Positions 9,348-21,502 of a DNA stretch of 64,000 nt are shown in pieces; position 1 is the first letter of the stretch; each line of letters opens with the position of its first letter. A model generated the notes under the pieces. It saw nothing but the letters and a program-made list of their open reading frames with translations. It searched no databases and was not told the DNA's origin. Location of the stretch: the NCBI GenBank assembly GCA_000990585.1, contig LBQD01000002.1:120016-184015 (forward strand), written 5' to 3'. The DNA is from Candidatus Moranbacteria bacterium GW2011_GWE2_35_2-. GTDB lineage: Bacteria; Patescibacteriota; Minisyncoccia; Moranbacterales; UBA9337. The position numbers and the translations under genes are program-made.

Positions 9348-11057
9348 ATGGAGGATAAAAATAAAAAACATCAAAAAGATGAAAAAAAATCAAATTCTTC
9401 AATAGTTGACAATGGAGTGGATTCGCTAGAGGAGAGAGCAAAGGAAATGAAAATTCCTTTTTTGAAAAAAGCTCCTTCGGCAGTCAGTGATTCGATTTTG
9501 AGAATAATTCCGGAAAAAACGGCGCGCAATTTTAATATGGTTGCATTTGAAGATTCTGAAAGCAAGGGAGTAAGTGTGGCAATGGTTGATCCGCAGGATA
9601 TTCAAGCACTGGACGTGCTTAGATTTATTGCAGAAAAAGAAAAAAAGGAAATAAATATTCATATAGCTTCTGCGGAAGTGGTAAGGGAAATCATTGATAA
9701 ATATAATACTGCCGAAGAAGCAGTAGAGGCGGTAGTTGAATCGTTTGAATTAGAGAGATTTAAGGATCAAAGATCTTTGTTGGGAAAAAGGAATGTTGAT
9801 GACCAACAAAATAATATACAAGATGCTCCGGTTTCAAAACTTGTAAGTGTGGTAATAAAACATGCTGTTGAAAAAAGAGCTAGTGATATTCATTTGGAGC
9901 CGACTGATGATGGTTATCGTATTAGGTTTCGTGTCGATGGAGTTCTTTATGCATCCTTGATTCTTCCAATGGAAGTAGGAAAGGCTTTTGTTTCGAGAAT
10001 TAAAATACTTTCAAATTTGAAAATAGATGAAAAACGAAAACCGCAAGATGGTAGATTCAATGTGAGTGAAGGCGGAGAAAATATTGATTTTCGCGTTTCT
10101 ACTTTTCCTGTTGTCGGAGGAGAAAAAGTAGTTATGCGTGTTCTTACTAAAGATAAGGGAATTTTTGATTTTAGCAAGCTGGGGCTTATTGGGCATAGCA
10201 AAGAGATTTTATCACGTAAAATTAATGAACCGAATGGAATTATATTAATTACTGGTCCTACCGGAAGCGGAAAATCAACAACATTGTATTCATTTCTTAA
10301 TGTAATCAATCAAGATACAAGAAATATTGTAACGTTGGAAGATCCTGTTGAATATTCAATAGAAGGTGTGAATCAAAGTCAAATTAAGCCGGAAATAGGA
10401 TATGATTTTGCTAACGGGCTACGTTCAATCTTGCGTCAAGACCCTAATGTTATTATGGTAGGAGAAATTCGTGATGGAGAAACAGCTGAGCTGGCAATTC
10501 ATGCCGCGCTTACTGGACATTTGGTTTTTTCTACCCTGCACACTAACAGCGCTATTGGCGCAGTTCCGAGGCTTGTGGACATGGGTATTGAGCCTTTTTT
10601 ACTTTCTTCCTCTCTTAAGGCTGTTGCTGCTCAGAGATTGGTGCGTAAAATTTGTACTTCTTGCAAAGAGGAATTTTCTGTATCCGATAAAGTAAAAAAC
10701 AATCTCTTAGAGGAAATAAAAAATGTGCCAGAAGAAGAATTGAAGAAATATGATCTGGACATATCCAAAGGATTGAAATTTTATAAAGGACGAGGATGTG
10801 AAGAATGTGGGGGGACTGGTTTGAAGGGTCGATTAGCAATTTATGAATGTATTGAGGTTAATGAAAGTATTCAGGAGGCAATCAATGAGGGTAAGGAAAT
10901 GAAAGTGGATGAATTGGCGAAAAGCCAAAAAATGATTACAATGAAGCAAGATGGAATATTGAAAGCGCTCAAAGGGATGACAGCTCTTTCAGAGGTTGAG
11001 AGAGTAACGGAAGGAAGTTTGACTATCGGAGGGGATGTGGATGATGATCGCGGATAA
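9348..11057 (+). CDS. pilB: Type IV pilus extension ATPase PilB/GspE
   Basis: ASDIHLEP, GPTGSGKST, LRQDPNVIMVGEIRD, tetracysteine motif. Confidence 0.93.
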   Translation: MEDKNKKHQKDEKKSNSSIVDNGVDSLEERAKEMKIPFLKKAPSAVSDSILRIIPEKTARNFNMVAFEDSESKGVSVAMVDPQDIQALDVLRFIAEKEKKEINIHIASAEVVREIIDKYNTAEEAVEAVVESFELERFKDQRSLLGKRNVDDQQNNIQDAPVSKLVSVVIKHAVEKRASDIHLEPTDDGYRIRFRVDGVLYASLILPMEVGKAFVSRIKILSNLKIDEKRKPQDGRFNVSEGGENIDFRVSTFPVVGGEKVVMRVLTKDKGIFDFSKLGLIGHSKEILSRKINEPNGIILITGPTGSGKSTTLYSFLNVINQDTRNIVTLEDPVEYSIEGVNQSQIKPEIGYDFANGLRSILRQDPNVIMVGEIRDGETAELAIHAALTGHLVFSTLHTNSAIGAVPRLVDMGIEPFLLSSSLKAVAAQRLVRKICTSCKEEFSVSDKVKNNLLEEIKNVPEEELKKYDLDISKGLKFYKGRGCEECGGTGLKGRLAIYECIEVNESIQEAINEGKEMKVDELAKSQKMITMKQDGILKALKGMTALSEVERVTEGSLTIGGDVDDDRG

Positions 11058-11130
11058 ATATGGTAGAATGAAATTGATTTGAAAAGTATTTTAATTATAA
11101 AACAATAATTAGGTTAATTTTTCGGAAACT

Positions 11131-11505
11131 ATGAAAAATAAAAAGCTGATTTTATTGGTGGAAGATGATATTTTCGTGAAAGATATTTATAATTACAAAC
11201 TTACATCCGAAGGATATGAGGTAGCAGTGGCAGGAAACGGAGCGGAAGCACTTAAATTTATGGAAAGCAGAAAACCGGATCTTATTTTATTGGATATTGT
11301 AATGCCGTTTATGGATGGGAAAGAAACGCTTCGAAAAATAAAATCTAACGATGAATGGAAAACAATTCCAATTATTATGTTAACTAATTTGTCGGAAGCT
11401 GATGATATTGAAGAAGTAGAATCTCTAGGTATAGATAAATATCTAATAAAATCGCATTTTTCTCCATCGGAAGTTTTTGCAAAAATTCAATTGATGATTG
11501 GATAG
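11131..11505 (+). CDS. Stand-alone response regulator receiver protein
   Basis: LLVEDD, PDLILLDIVMP..DG, YLIKS. Confidence 0.9.
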   Translation: MKNKKLILLVEDDIFVKDIYNYKLTSEGYEVAVAGNGAEALKFMESRKPDLILLDIVMPFMDGKETLRKIKSNDEWKTIPIIMLTNLSEADDIEEVESLGIDKYLIKSHFSPSEVFAKIQLMIG

Positions 11506-11605
11506 GTAAAACTAATCATAGAATAGTATTCGCGTGCTTGAAAATCTAATGCTTTTTGTCTGAATGTATAAATTATATAGAAAACAAAAATAAAAAATAA
11601 ATATT

Positions 11606-12682
11606 ATGGAATCATTTCATGTCGAACAAAAAATAAAAAGCCTGCTACTTCTTGTTGCTCAGCAGGGCGCTTCGGATATTCATTTTGTCGTGGGACGTTA
11701 TCCGACGCTTCGGATTGACGGAAAGTTGCAACCAATAGCTAAGGAAAATATTTTAACTGCGGATGATACAAAAGCTATCAGTAAGGTTTTTCTCAGTGAA
11801 GAAAAAAGCAAGGAATTGGCGGAAACCGGAGAAACGGGATTTTCTTATAATTTTGAGAATAAAGCCAGATTTCGCGTGAATGTATTTTTTCAAAAAGGAT
11901 TCATTAGTATCGTTATGCGTCTGGTGCAGACAAAAATCCGAACTCTAGATGAATTAAATATGCCGTCTGCGCTCTATGATTTCACGAAACATTCGCAAGG
12001 ACTTGTTTTGGTTACCGGACCGGTGGGACACGGAAAATCAACTACTATGGCGGCTTTGGTTGATTATATTAATCATAATTATGAGAAAAATATTATTACA
12101 ATTGAAGATCCGATTGAATATATCTACGATCAAGATCGTTGTATTATAAACCAACGAGAAATCGGACAGGATGCGCAGAATTTTGAAAGAGCATTGCGTG
12201 CGGTTTTTCGTGAAGATGCCAACGTTTTGCTTATTGGAGAAATGAGAGATTTGGAAACTATCGCCACTACGCTCACAGCGGCGGAAACCGGACATTTGAT
12301 TTTTGCAACTATTCACACGAATAACAGTGCGGAAACTATCGATCGTATTGTGGATGTTTTTCCTTCTCATCAGCAAAATCAAGTACGTTCGCAATTGGCG
12401 AATGTTCTTCTTGGCGTTATTTCTCAGCGTTTGGTACCGAAGATAGGAGGAGATAGAATTCCAGCCGTTGAAATTATGGTGAAAAACAATGCGGTTGAAA
12501 ATTTGATTCGTGAAAATCGTTCATATCAAATTGACGGAGTAATTGAAACCGGAATGAGAGAAGGAATGGTTTCTTTGGATAAATCGCTTAGTGATTTGGT
12601 GAAAAAAGGATTGATTACGATTGATGATGCTTTTACGTACGCTAAAAATAAGGATTATTTTAAAATGTTAATCAAGAAATGA
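11606..12682 (+). CDS. pilT: Type IV pilus retraction ATPase PilT
   Basis: ASDIH, GPVGHGKSTT, AETGHLIFATIHTN, AVENLIRE. Confidence 0.93.
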   Translation: MESFHVEQKIKSLLLLVAQQGASDIHFVVGRYPTLRIDGKLQPIAKENILTADDTKAISKVFLSEEKSKELAETGETGFSYNFENKARFRVNVFFQKGFISIVMRLVQTKIRTLDELNMPSALYDFTKHSQGLVLVTGPVGHGKSTTMAALVDYINHNYEKNIITIEDPIEYIYDQDRCIINQREIGQDAQNFERALRAVFREDANVLLIGEMRDLETIATTLTAAETGHLIFATIHTNNSAETIDRIVDVFPSHQQNQVRSQLANVLLGVISQRLVPKIGGDRIPAVEIMVKNNAVENLIRENRSYQIDGVIETGMREGMVSLDKSLSDLVKKGLITIDDAFTYAKNKDYFKMLIKK

Positions 12683-12735
12683 AATTCCAATAAGTCCGAT
12701 TAGTCAAATAAGACAAATAGGACGAATAAAATATT

Positions 12736-13947
12736 ATGAAATTTGTTTTTGAAGCCAAAGATCAAAATGGAAAAGTGAAAAAAGGAAAAGTGGAGGCCGT
12801 CAACAAAGAAACGGCGGTTGAGGTTTTACATCAAAATATGTTAGTTCCTTTTTCTATTGAGCAGGAAAAGGAAATGAACAAGTTTCTCAAAGATTTGCAA
12901 AATTCATGGGATCGAGTGAGTCAGAAAGAATTGATGATTTTTTTTCGTCAATTTTCTACCTTGATTGGAGCTAAAGTTTCAATTATTAATTCTTTGCAGG
13001 CAGTGCGCGAGCAGATGGAAAACAAGGCATTGCGCAGGGTTATTCAGGAAATTTCTAATGATATCGAAGACGGAATGACACTGGCAGAAAGTCTTGAAAA
13101 ACATCCGGAAATTTTTTCAGCTCTCACAGTAAGTACGGTAAAAGCGGGAGAAGTTTCTGGAAATTTGCAAAAATCGATTTCCTATATCGCCGATAATATC
13201 GAGAAAAATTATCAACTTACCGCGAAAATAAAAGGAGCGCTTTTTTATCCGGTATTTGTTATTATTGCCGCATCAATCATCGGTTTTTTGACGATGATTT
13301 TTGTCATACCTAAACTTACTCAAGTTATTATTGATATGGGAGCGGAAATTCCTTGGTATACTCAAGTGATAATTACTACTTCTAGTTTTTTTGAAAATTA
13401 TTGGTGGGCGATTTTGGTGGTTATTTTGGGGGTTGTCGGAGGGAGTATGTATTACACTAGAACGGAATCCGGAAAAAGAGATTGGGATTTTGTTGTTTTG
13501 AAAATTCCAATTATTGGAAAATTGGCGCGATATGTATATATAACCAGATTTTCTAGTAATTTTTCAATGCTTTTAGCGGGAGGAATTCCGATTGTGCAGG
13601 CGCTTGTGGTGGTAAGCGAAGTTGTCAATAATACTATTTACAAGGGAATCATTCTTCGTGGCGCGGATGAGGTCAAGGCAGGGGGAAATATTAGCAGTAT
13701 TTTTTCCCGGTCGACATATATTCCCGTAATTGTCACCAGAATGATAAAAATAGGAGAAGAGACGGGAGAGATGAATGGTTCGCTTGACAGTATCGCCAGT
13801 TTTTATGAAAAAGAAACGGATAATATTGTTCGTAATTTGACATCATTGATTGAACCGGTTTTGATTGTGTTTTTGGGAATTGGTGTGGCAGTTTTGGTTT
13901 TTGCGATTTTGCTGCCAATATATAACATTACGGGAAATATTAAGTAG
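12736..13947 (+). CDS. pilC: Type IV pilus platform protein PilC/GspF
   Basis: Two T2SSF domains, GEVSGNL and GEETG motifs. Confidence 0.93.
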   Translation: MKFVFEAKDQNGKVKKGKVEAVNKETAVEVLHQNMLVPFSIEQEKEMNKFLKDLQNSWDRVSQKELMIFFRQFSTLIGAKVSIINSLQAVREQMENKALRRVIQEISNDIEDGMTLAESLEKHPEIFSALTVSTVKAGEVSGNLQKSISYIADNIEKNYQLTAKIKGALFYPVFVIIAASIIGFLTMIFVIPKLTQVIIDMGAEIPWYTQVIITTSSFFENYWWAILVVILGVVGGSMYYTRTESGKRDWDFVVLKIPIIGKLARYVYITRFSSNFSMLLAGGIPIVQALVVVSEVVNNTIYKGIILRGADEVKAGGNISSIFSRSTYIPVIVTRMIKIGEETGEMNGSLDSIASFYEKETDNIVRNLTSLIEPVLIVFLGIGVAVLVFAILLPIYNITGNIK

Positions 13948-14049
13948 TTCTATGTTTTATATTGAGGGTGTGATATAATTATTGTAAGGAAATTGGGATA
14001 GGTTTAAATATAGAAAATAAAAATTAAAAAAAAGAATGGAGGTGAAAAT

Positions 14050-14403
14050 ATGAAAAATACAATGAAAAAAGGTTTTACATTGATCGAACTTTTGATTGTT
14101 ATTGCAATTATCGGTATCTTGGCTTCCATCGTTTTGGTATCCTTGAACAGTGCGAGAACAAAAGCTAGGGATGCTCAGTTTAAGGCACAAGCTTCCAGTG
14201 TTCATGCGGCGGTTGTTATAGATTGTGATGATGGAACATATAATACTACCGAAGCTCTGCCTGATCCAACATCGTGGACAACTACTCCTGTTTGCGGATC
14301 TAGTGGAATTATCACATCCGGAGTTCTTGCGCCAGGCGCAACTGGAACTGCATGTACTTCGGCTACAATTTCAAATACTGGAGTTGTTTTTGCGGACTGC
14401 TAA
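14050..14403 (+). CDS. Type IV major pilin
   Basis: KKG|[17 protein letters not shown] prepilin motif; upstream TGATATAAT and GGAGG. Confidence 0.92.
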   Translation: MKNTMKKGFTLIELLIVIAIIGILASIVLVSLNSARTKARDAQFKAQASSVHAAVVIDCDDGTYNTTEALPDPTSWTTTPVCGSSGIITSGVLAPGATGTACTSATISNTGVVFADC

Positions 14404-14474
14404 TTTTAGTCTTTTTACCTACTAACATAAAGTTGGTAGGTATATGAGGTTAAAATTGTTTTATATTTTATATA

Positions 14475-14900
14475 ATGTTAAAAAAATATTTATTTACAGA
14501 AAGACAAGGGTTTACATTAATCGAGCTTTTGATTGTTATTGCAATTATCGGTATTTTGGCTTCCATCGTTTTGGTATCCTTGAATAGCGCGAGAATTAAG
14601 GCTAGGGATGCGTCATTCAAATCAACCGCGTCCAGTGTGAATGCGGCGGCAATGATGTGTTGTAATTCTGAAGGAATAATTCAAGAAAAAAATGCGGGTG
14701 ATGGTGGCGCGGTGGCAATTTGTAATCCTGCCCAAGGAACAGTCTATCCGGATGATGCAAATTTGGAAACAGCGGTTGTGAACACCGCTTGCGCCAATGA
14801 TCATTATCAAATTACTGTTACACCTGGAACAGGAAACCTTGGGACTTGTACTAGTGCGACATTTAATCAAACTGGAATTATCGGCTATGCCGGATGCTAA
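14475..14900 (+). CDS. Second type IV pilin paralog
   Basis: QG|[17 protein letters not shown]; N-terminal helix near-identical to upstream pilin. Confidence 0.92.
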   Translation: MLKKYLFTERQGFTLIELLIVIAIIGILASIVLVSLNSARIKARDASFKSTASSVNAAAMMCCNSEGIIQEKNAGDGGAVAICNPAQGTVYPDDANLETAVVNTACANDHYQITVTPGTGNLGTCTSATFNQTGIIGYAGC

Positions 14901-14956
14901 TTTTCAAGGAATTAGGAATCGAGACATATTTATAGGGTATTTACTTTTTTGAAGAT

Positions 14957-15754
14957 ATGATTATTTTAATTTTTTTTATCGGCGGTTTAATAACAGGGAG
15001 TTTTTTAAATGTTGTTGTATATCGATTGAATTTGGCAGAGTCGATGTTCGCTGGGCGATCGATGTGTCCGCATTGCAAAGCCAAAATCCGTTGGTATGAC
15101 AACATTCCGCTTCTTAGCTTTGTTCTTCTGCGGGCTGAGTGTCGCGATTGCAAGGGAAAAATTTCATGGCAATATCCATTGGTGGAATTTTTGACAGGAT
15201 TGTTTTTTGCGTTAATCGGTATGTGTTTTTTTTCTCTGACAGATTATCAGTCTTGGATTGAAACCGGATTTTTATTAGTGCTTTTTTCCGCGCTAATGGT
15301 GATTTTTGCTTATGATTTGAAGTTTATGGAAATCCCGATGATTTTTTTGTGGGCGGGAATCGGCTGGACACTGGTATTTTATATATATTTTGACGCAGTT
15401 AATTTTTCTGAATTTGCTTCAATGTTTTCTTCACAAACATTTTCCGGAATAATTGGTGCGTTTGTTGCTTGGGTATTCTTTTTTTCAATGGCATTTTTTT
15501 CCAAGGAGAAATGGATGGGAATGGGTGATGCTTATTTGGCGATACTTGTCGGACTTACAGTTGGATGGCCGAAAATTTTCCTAACATTAGTACTTTCTTT
15601 TTTATCGGGAGCGATTTTTAGTATATTTTTGATTTTATCTAAGAAAAAAAGCATGAAAAGCCAAGTGCCCTTCGCGCCTTTTTTGGTAATTGGAACAATC
15701 GCAACTCTTTTCTTATATCAAGCCTTTCCTCAATATTTGAAGTACTTGTTTTGA
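14957..15754 (+). CDS. pilD: Prepilin peptidase
   Basis: GSFLNVV, RSMCPHC, CRDC, MGMGD, PFAPFL. Confidence 0.95.
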   Translation: MIILIFFIGGLITGSFLNVVVYRLNLAESMFAGRSMCPHCKAKIRWYDNIPLLSFVLLRAECRDCKGKISWQYPLVEFLTGLFFALIGMCFFSLTDYQSWIETGFLLVLFSALMVIFAYDLKFMEIPMIFLWAGIGWTLVFYIYFDAVNFSEFASMFSSQTFSGIIGAFVAWVFFFSMAFFSKEKWMGMGDAYLAILVGLTVGWPKIFLTLVLSFLSGAIFSIFLILSKKKSMKSQVPFAPFLVIGTIATLFLYQAFPQYLKYLF

Positions 15755-15757
15755 AAT

Positions 15758-16375
15758 ATGATAAAAATAAAAAATAAATTTGTTCCAGGGTTTACTCTTC
15801 TTGAGGTTCTGGTCACAGTTGCCATTATTGGAATAATGGCAACTGTGGCACTTGTTTCAACGCAGAGAGGAAAAATCGACAAGGAAGTAAGCGTAGCGGC
15901 AGAACAGGTGGCTTCCAGTATTCGCGAGGCGCAAAATTACGCGCTGTCCGGAAAACAGCCGGATGCGACTAATACCGCTTGCGGCTTTGGTTTCAGAAGA
16001 AGTAGCGCAAATGCTTATAGTGTTTTTTATAATCATACTACGGAAGATTTAGTCACTTGTAATGCGATTATTAAATATTATAGTACCACTATTCCTAATC
16101 AGGTTTCAGCTAGTCTTAATTCTTCTGGTATTATTCTTCCAAATGGAGTTTCTTTCTATAATAATGCATCTACCGGAGCTATGAACTCTCAGATAGTTTA
16201 TTTTTTGATTCCTTTTGCGATTGTATATAATTTTGATGGAGATACTCTTGGAGCAATAAAAACAATTATGGTTGGAAAAGATTCTATTTATTATGCTATT
16301 TGCGTGAGTCCCGTGGGAGCTGTTGAAGTAAAGAAGGTTGAGGGTGATGAAGCGACATTTGATTGTGATAATTAG
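15758..16375 (+). CDS. Minor pilin, FimT/FimU-like
   Basis: G|FTLLEVLV prepilin motif. Confidence 0.8.
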   Translation: MIKIKNKFVPGFTLLEVLVTVAIIGIMATVALVSTQRGKIDKEVSVAAEQVASSIREAQNYALSGKQPDATNTACGFGFRRSSANAYSVFYNHTTEDLVTCNAIIKYYSTTIPNQVSASLNSSGIILPNGVSFYNNASTGAMNSQIVYFLIPFAIVYNFDGDTLGAIKTIMVGKDSIYYAICVSPVGAVEVKKVEGDEATFDCDN

Positions 16376-16385
16376 TTTAATAGTT

Positions 16386-17000
16386 ATGAAATCAAAAATT
16401 AAAAATAAAAAGTTTTTAATTTCAATCAAGCGAGGGTTTTCTATCGGCGAAGTACTTCTAGCAGCCTTTGTTTTGAGTGTGGCGATGCTGGCGGCGGTTA
16501 ATCTTTTGATTGCCGGTTTTTCTAATTCCGCTGATAGTCGCGATCGCATTATTGCATCAATGTTAGTGCAAGAAGGAATTGAAATTGCTAGAAACGTTAG
16601 GGATAATAATTGGGCGACAGGAAAGGTTACTTTTAGTAATACTAATTTTCCGGACGTGAGTCGTGCTGCAGATAATACTCCTCTCGGATGTGCGCTTGAT
16701 AAAAATTCATTGGCGATTCGTGGTACTTGCGATAGCGCAGCAGTTTCAAAGGTTTTAAAAATCAATGCTGATGGATATTATATGAAAGTAGGTGCGACTA
16801 TAACAAAATTTAAAAGAAAAGTGATGATTCAATATTTTAATTCAAGCGGAGCTCCTTCAGATAGAGCCAGTGCTGCCACTGCAAAATTGACTAGTGTGGT
16901 GATTTGGGGAACTGATTGGCCAAAGATTGATCTTTCGGATTGTAGTACTGCGACTCGATGTGTTGCTGCGGTATCTATTTTGACAAAATGGGGAGAGTAA
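16386..17000 (+). CDS. Minor pilin, PilV-like
   Basis: RG|FSIGEVL; A..L.QEGIE..RN.RD motif. Confidence 0.75.
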   Translation: MKSKIKNKKFLISIKRGFSIGEVLLAAFVLSVAMLAAVNLLIAGFSNSADSRDRIIASMLVQEGIEIARNVRDNNWATGKVTFSNTNFPDVSRAADNTPLGCALDKNSLAIRGTCDSAAVSKVLKINADGYYMKVGATITKFKRKVMIQYFNSSGAPSDRASAATAKLTSVVIWGTDWPKIDLSDCSTATRCVAAVSILTKWGE

Positions 17001-17025
17001 AATATTTAAAAATAACAGGTGTCAT

Positions 17026-17589
17026 ATGAAGATGTTAAAAATAAAAAATAAAAAAGGATATACTTTTTTGGAGGTAATAGTTTCAGTTTCCATCTTCGTT
17101 ATTATAATAGCCGCTTCCACGGATGCTTTTTCTAATTTGTTTAATAATTATCGAAAAATTCGCGATTTTCAGGAAAGTATAGAAAATGTTCAGTTTGCAA
17201 TGAGTGAGATAGCGAAAGTTCTCAGAACTAGTTCGATTGTTGATGATGGAAATTCTTTTGTCCAAGCTTTTGATTATTCGCAAGAAATTTGCGTGCGTTA
17301 TGAGATAAACGGCGGTCAATTAATGCGTGCATATGATGACAGTATGGCAACGAGTATTGATCCGTTGAGTGATTGTTCTGCTAGAAATTTTGCGGCGGAT
17401 GAATTTTTAAAAATGACAACTGGATCAATAAGTGGAAGTTTCAGTACAGTCTCCTCAAGTTCTGTCGTTGGATCTGAGGAAGTGGGAAAGGTCACGATTA
17501 TGCTTAACATCCAAAAAGGAGATTCAGAATTGATAAAACTGCAATCCTCTGTTTCTTTGCGTGATTATGAAAAAGCAGGCATTCAGTAA
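17026..17589 (+). CDS. Minor pilin, PilW-like
   Basis: KG|YTFLEVIV prepilin motif. Confidence 0.78.
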   Translation: MKMLKIKNKKGYTFLEVIVSVSIFVIIIAASTDAFSNLFNNYRKIRDFQESIENVQFAMSEIAKVLRTSSIVDDGNSFVQAFDYSQEICVRYEINGGQLMRAYDDSMATSIDPLSDCSARNFAADEFLKMTTGSISGSFSTVSSSSVVGSEEVGKVTIMLNIQKGDSELIKLQSSVSLRDYEKAGIQ

Positions 17590-17617
17590 ATTAGTGGAAA
17601 TAATCTTTTGAAAATTT

Positions 17618-18964
17618 ATGAAAATTAAAAGAAAAAAAGGTTCAGTGTTGGTATTTACTTTAATTATTGTTCTTACGATTTTGGTTATTTCATTGGGAGC
17701 AGTAACTATTTCAACTACTGAATTGCGCTCGTCTTCTTCAACCGATAAAGCGACAATGGCTTTTCAAATTGCTGATACTGGCATGGAATCAATATTAGAG
17801 AAGATAAAAAGTTCTAATTATCTTGATGATACCATTCTGGAAGTTTTTTCGGATTGTGTAGATGGAAAAATATTAGAAATAATTGATGCAAATAAACAGT
17901 ATGAAATAGAATTTTTCAAGTATGATGATTCCCCGCTTGAGTGTAATGATAGAGTCGGAGATATCGGAAAAGCAAAATCATCAGGAAGTTATCTGTCTGT
18001 TGAGCGTGCCGTAAGCTCAAGTGTTTGTGTTTCCGGTTGGGAAAAAATAGGGGCAAATGATGGTAATTGGGATGGAATTGCGACTTCAAATGATGGAAAA
18101 AAGTTGGCAGCGGTTATTCGAGGGGGACAAATTTATACGTCAATTGATGGAGGAGAAATATGGACAGATAGAGAAAGTGATCGAAATTGGGATGTGATAG
18201 CTTCTTCAGGGAACGGGAATACTCTTTTGGCTGCGGATCAAGGGGGAATGTTGTATTTATCTATTGATTCCGGAATAAATTGGGATGCTCAATCTGATTG
18301 CGGAAATCATATATGGACGTCAGTTGCTGTTTCTGATGACGGAACACATTTGGGCGCAGTTTATCGTCCTGGTAATATTTGGATTTCTAATGATTCGGGA
18401 AATAATTGGAATGAAGAAACGGTCGAAGGCGGTGTTGCTCAGGGGTGGTTGGGAATTGCTTTTTCTGCTGATGGAGAAAAAGTGGTGGCAGTCAATGATA
18501 ATGTTAGCGGAGGGGAAATTTATATTTCATCGGATGGTGGAGATAGCTGGTCTCGTAAAAATTCGGGACTTGGAAGTTTACCGGCAGTAGCTGTTTCAGA
18601 TGATGGAAATAAAATAGCGGTAGGTAGATATGGAGGGCAGGTATATCGTTCAATTGATGGTGGAGATAATTGGTTGGCAGTTTCTAATTCTGGTTCAGGA
18701 AATTTATCTTCTGTGGCAATGTCTTCTGATGGAACGAAAGTTGTAGTTGCCAAGGGTACTGTTCCTCCAGCAGGAGCATTAGAGGGTTATGTGTATATTT
18801 CAAATGAAGGAGGAGATATAGGTACATGGAAAATGCATGATCCTGCTGAAGATGCAAGAGATTGGTCGCATGATTCTTTGGCAATATCGGAAGATGGAAA
18901 ACAAATTTTTGCCGCAACATATGATGTGACGGATGGAATTTGGAAATATCACGGGTGTAAATAA
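17618..18964 (+). CDS. PilX-like minor pilin fused to Asp-box (BNR) beta-propeller
   Basis: KG|SVLVFTL lacking E5, AFQIADTGME; repeated S.DGG..W Asp-boxes. Confidence 0.78.
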   Translation: MKIKRKKGSVLVFTLIIVLTILVISLGAVTISTTELRSSSSTDKATMAFQIADTGMESILEKIKSSNYLDDTILEVFSDCVDGKILEIIDANKQYEIEFFKYDDSPLECNDRVGDIGKAKSSGSYLSVERAVSSSVCVSGWEKIGANDGNWDGIATSNDGKKLAAVIRGGQIYTSIDGGEIWTDRESDRNWDVIASSGNGNTLLAADQGGMLYLSIDSGINWDAQSDCGNHIWTSVAVSDDGTHLGAVYRPGNIWISNDSGNNWNEETVEGGVAQGWLGIAFSADGEKVVAVNDNVSGGEIYISSDGGDSWSRKNSGLGSLPAVAVSDDGNKIAVGRYGGQVYRSIDGGDNWLAVSNSGSGNLSSVAMSSDGTKVVVAKGTVPPAGALEGYVYISNEGGDIGTWKMHDPAEDARDWSHDSLAISEDGKQIFAATYDVTDGIWKYHGCK

Positions 18965-19015
18965 ATAAAAAAGTAATTCAGTAAAACCGGTAGAACCCCG
19001 GTTTTTTGATTGTGA

Positions 19016-21124
<2,109 letters not shown>

Positions 21125-21194
21125 TTAAAACTTACCTATTCAAAAAATACTTGTTCGATTTTTGTTTAAGTGCGTAAAATAATAGCTAAATAGT

Positions 21195-21482
21195 ATGCTA
21201 ACCAAGCAAGAAATAAAAAATGTTGCCGCATTGGCTCGATTAGGACTTCAAGAAGAAAATATCGAAAGATATCAAAAAGATCTTTCCGGCATTTTGGATT
21301 ATTTCAAACAAATGGAAGAACTGGATACGGAAAATATTCAGCCAATCGGACATATTGCCGGAACCAGTAATGTTTTTCGTGAGGATCAAAAAAAAGAACT
21401 TGATGAAAAAGAGAGAAATGCGATTTTGAAAAATGCTCCGGAGATAAAAAATGATCTGATAAAAGTAAGAAGTGTTTTGTAG
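21195..21482 (+). CDS. gatC: Asp/Glu-tRNA amidotransferase subunit C
   Basis: VAALARLGL, precedes gatA. Confidence 0.92.
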   Translation: MLTKQEIKNVAALARLGLQEENIERYQKDLSGILDYFKQMEELDTENIQPIGHIAGTSNVFREDQKKELDEKERNAILKNAPEIKNDLIKVRSVL

Positions 21483-21502
21483 GTAATTTTTATTTTTTTG
21501 CA

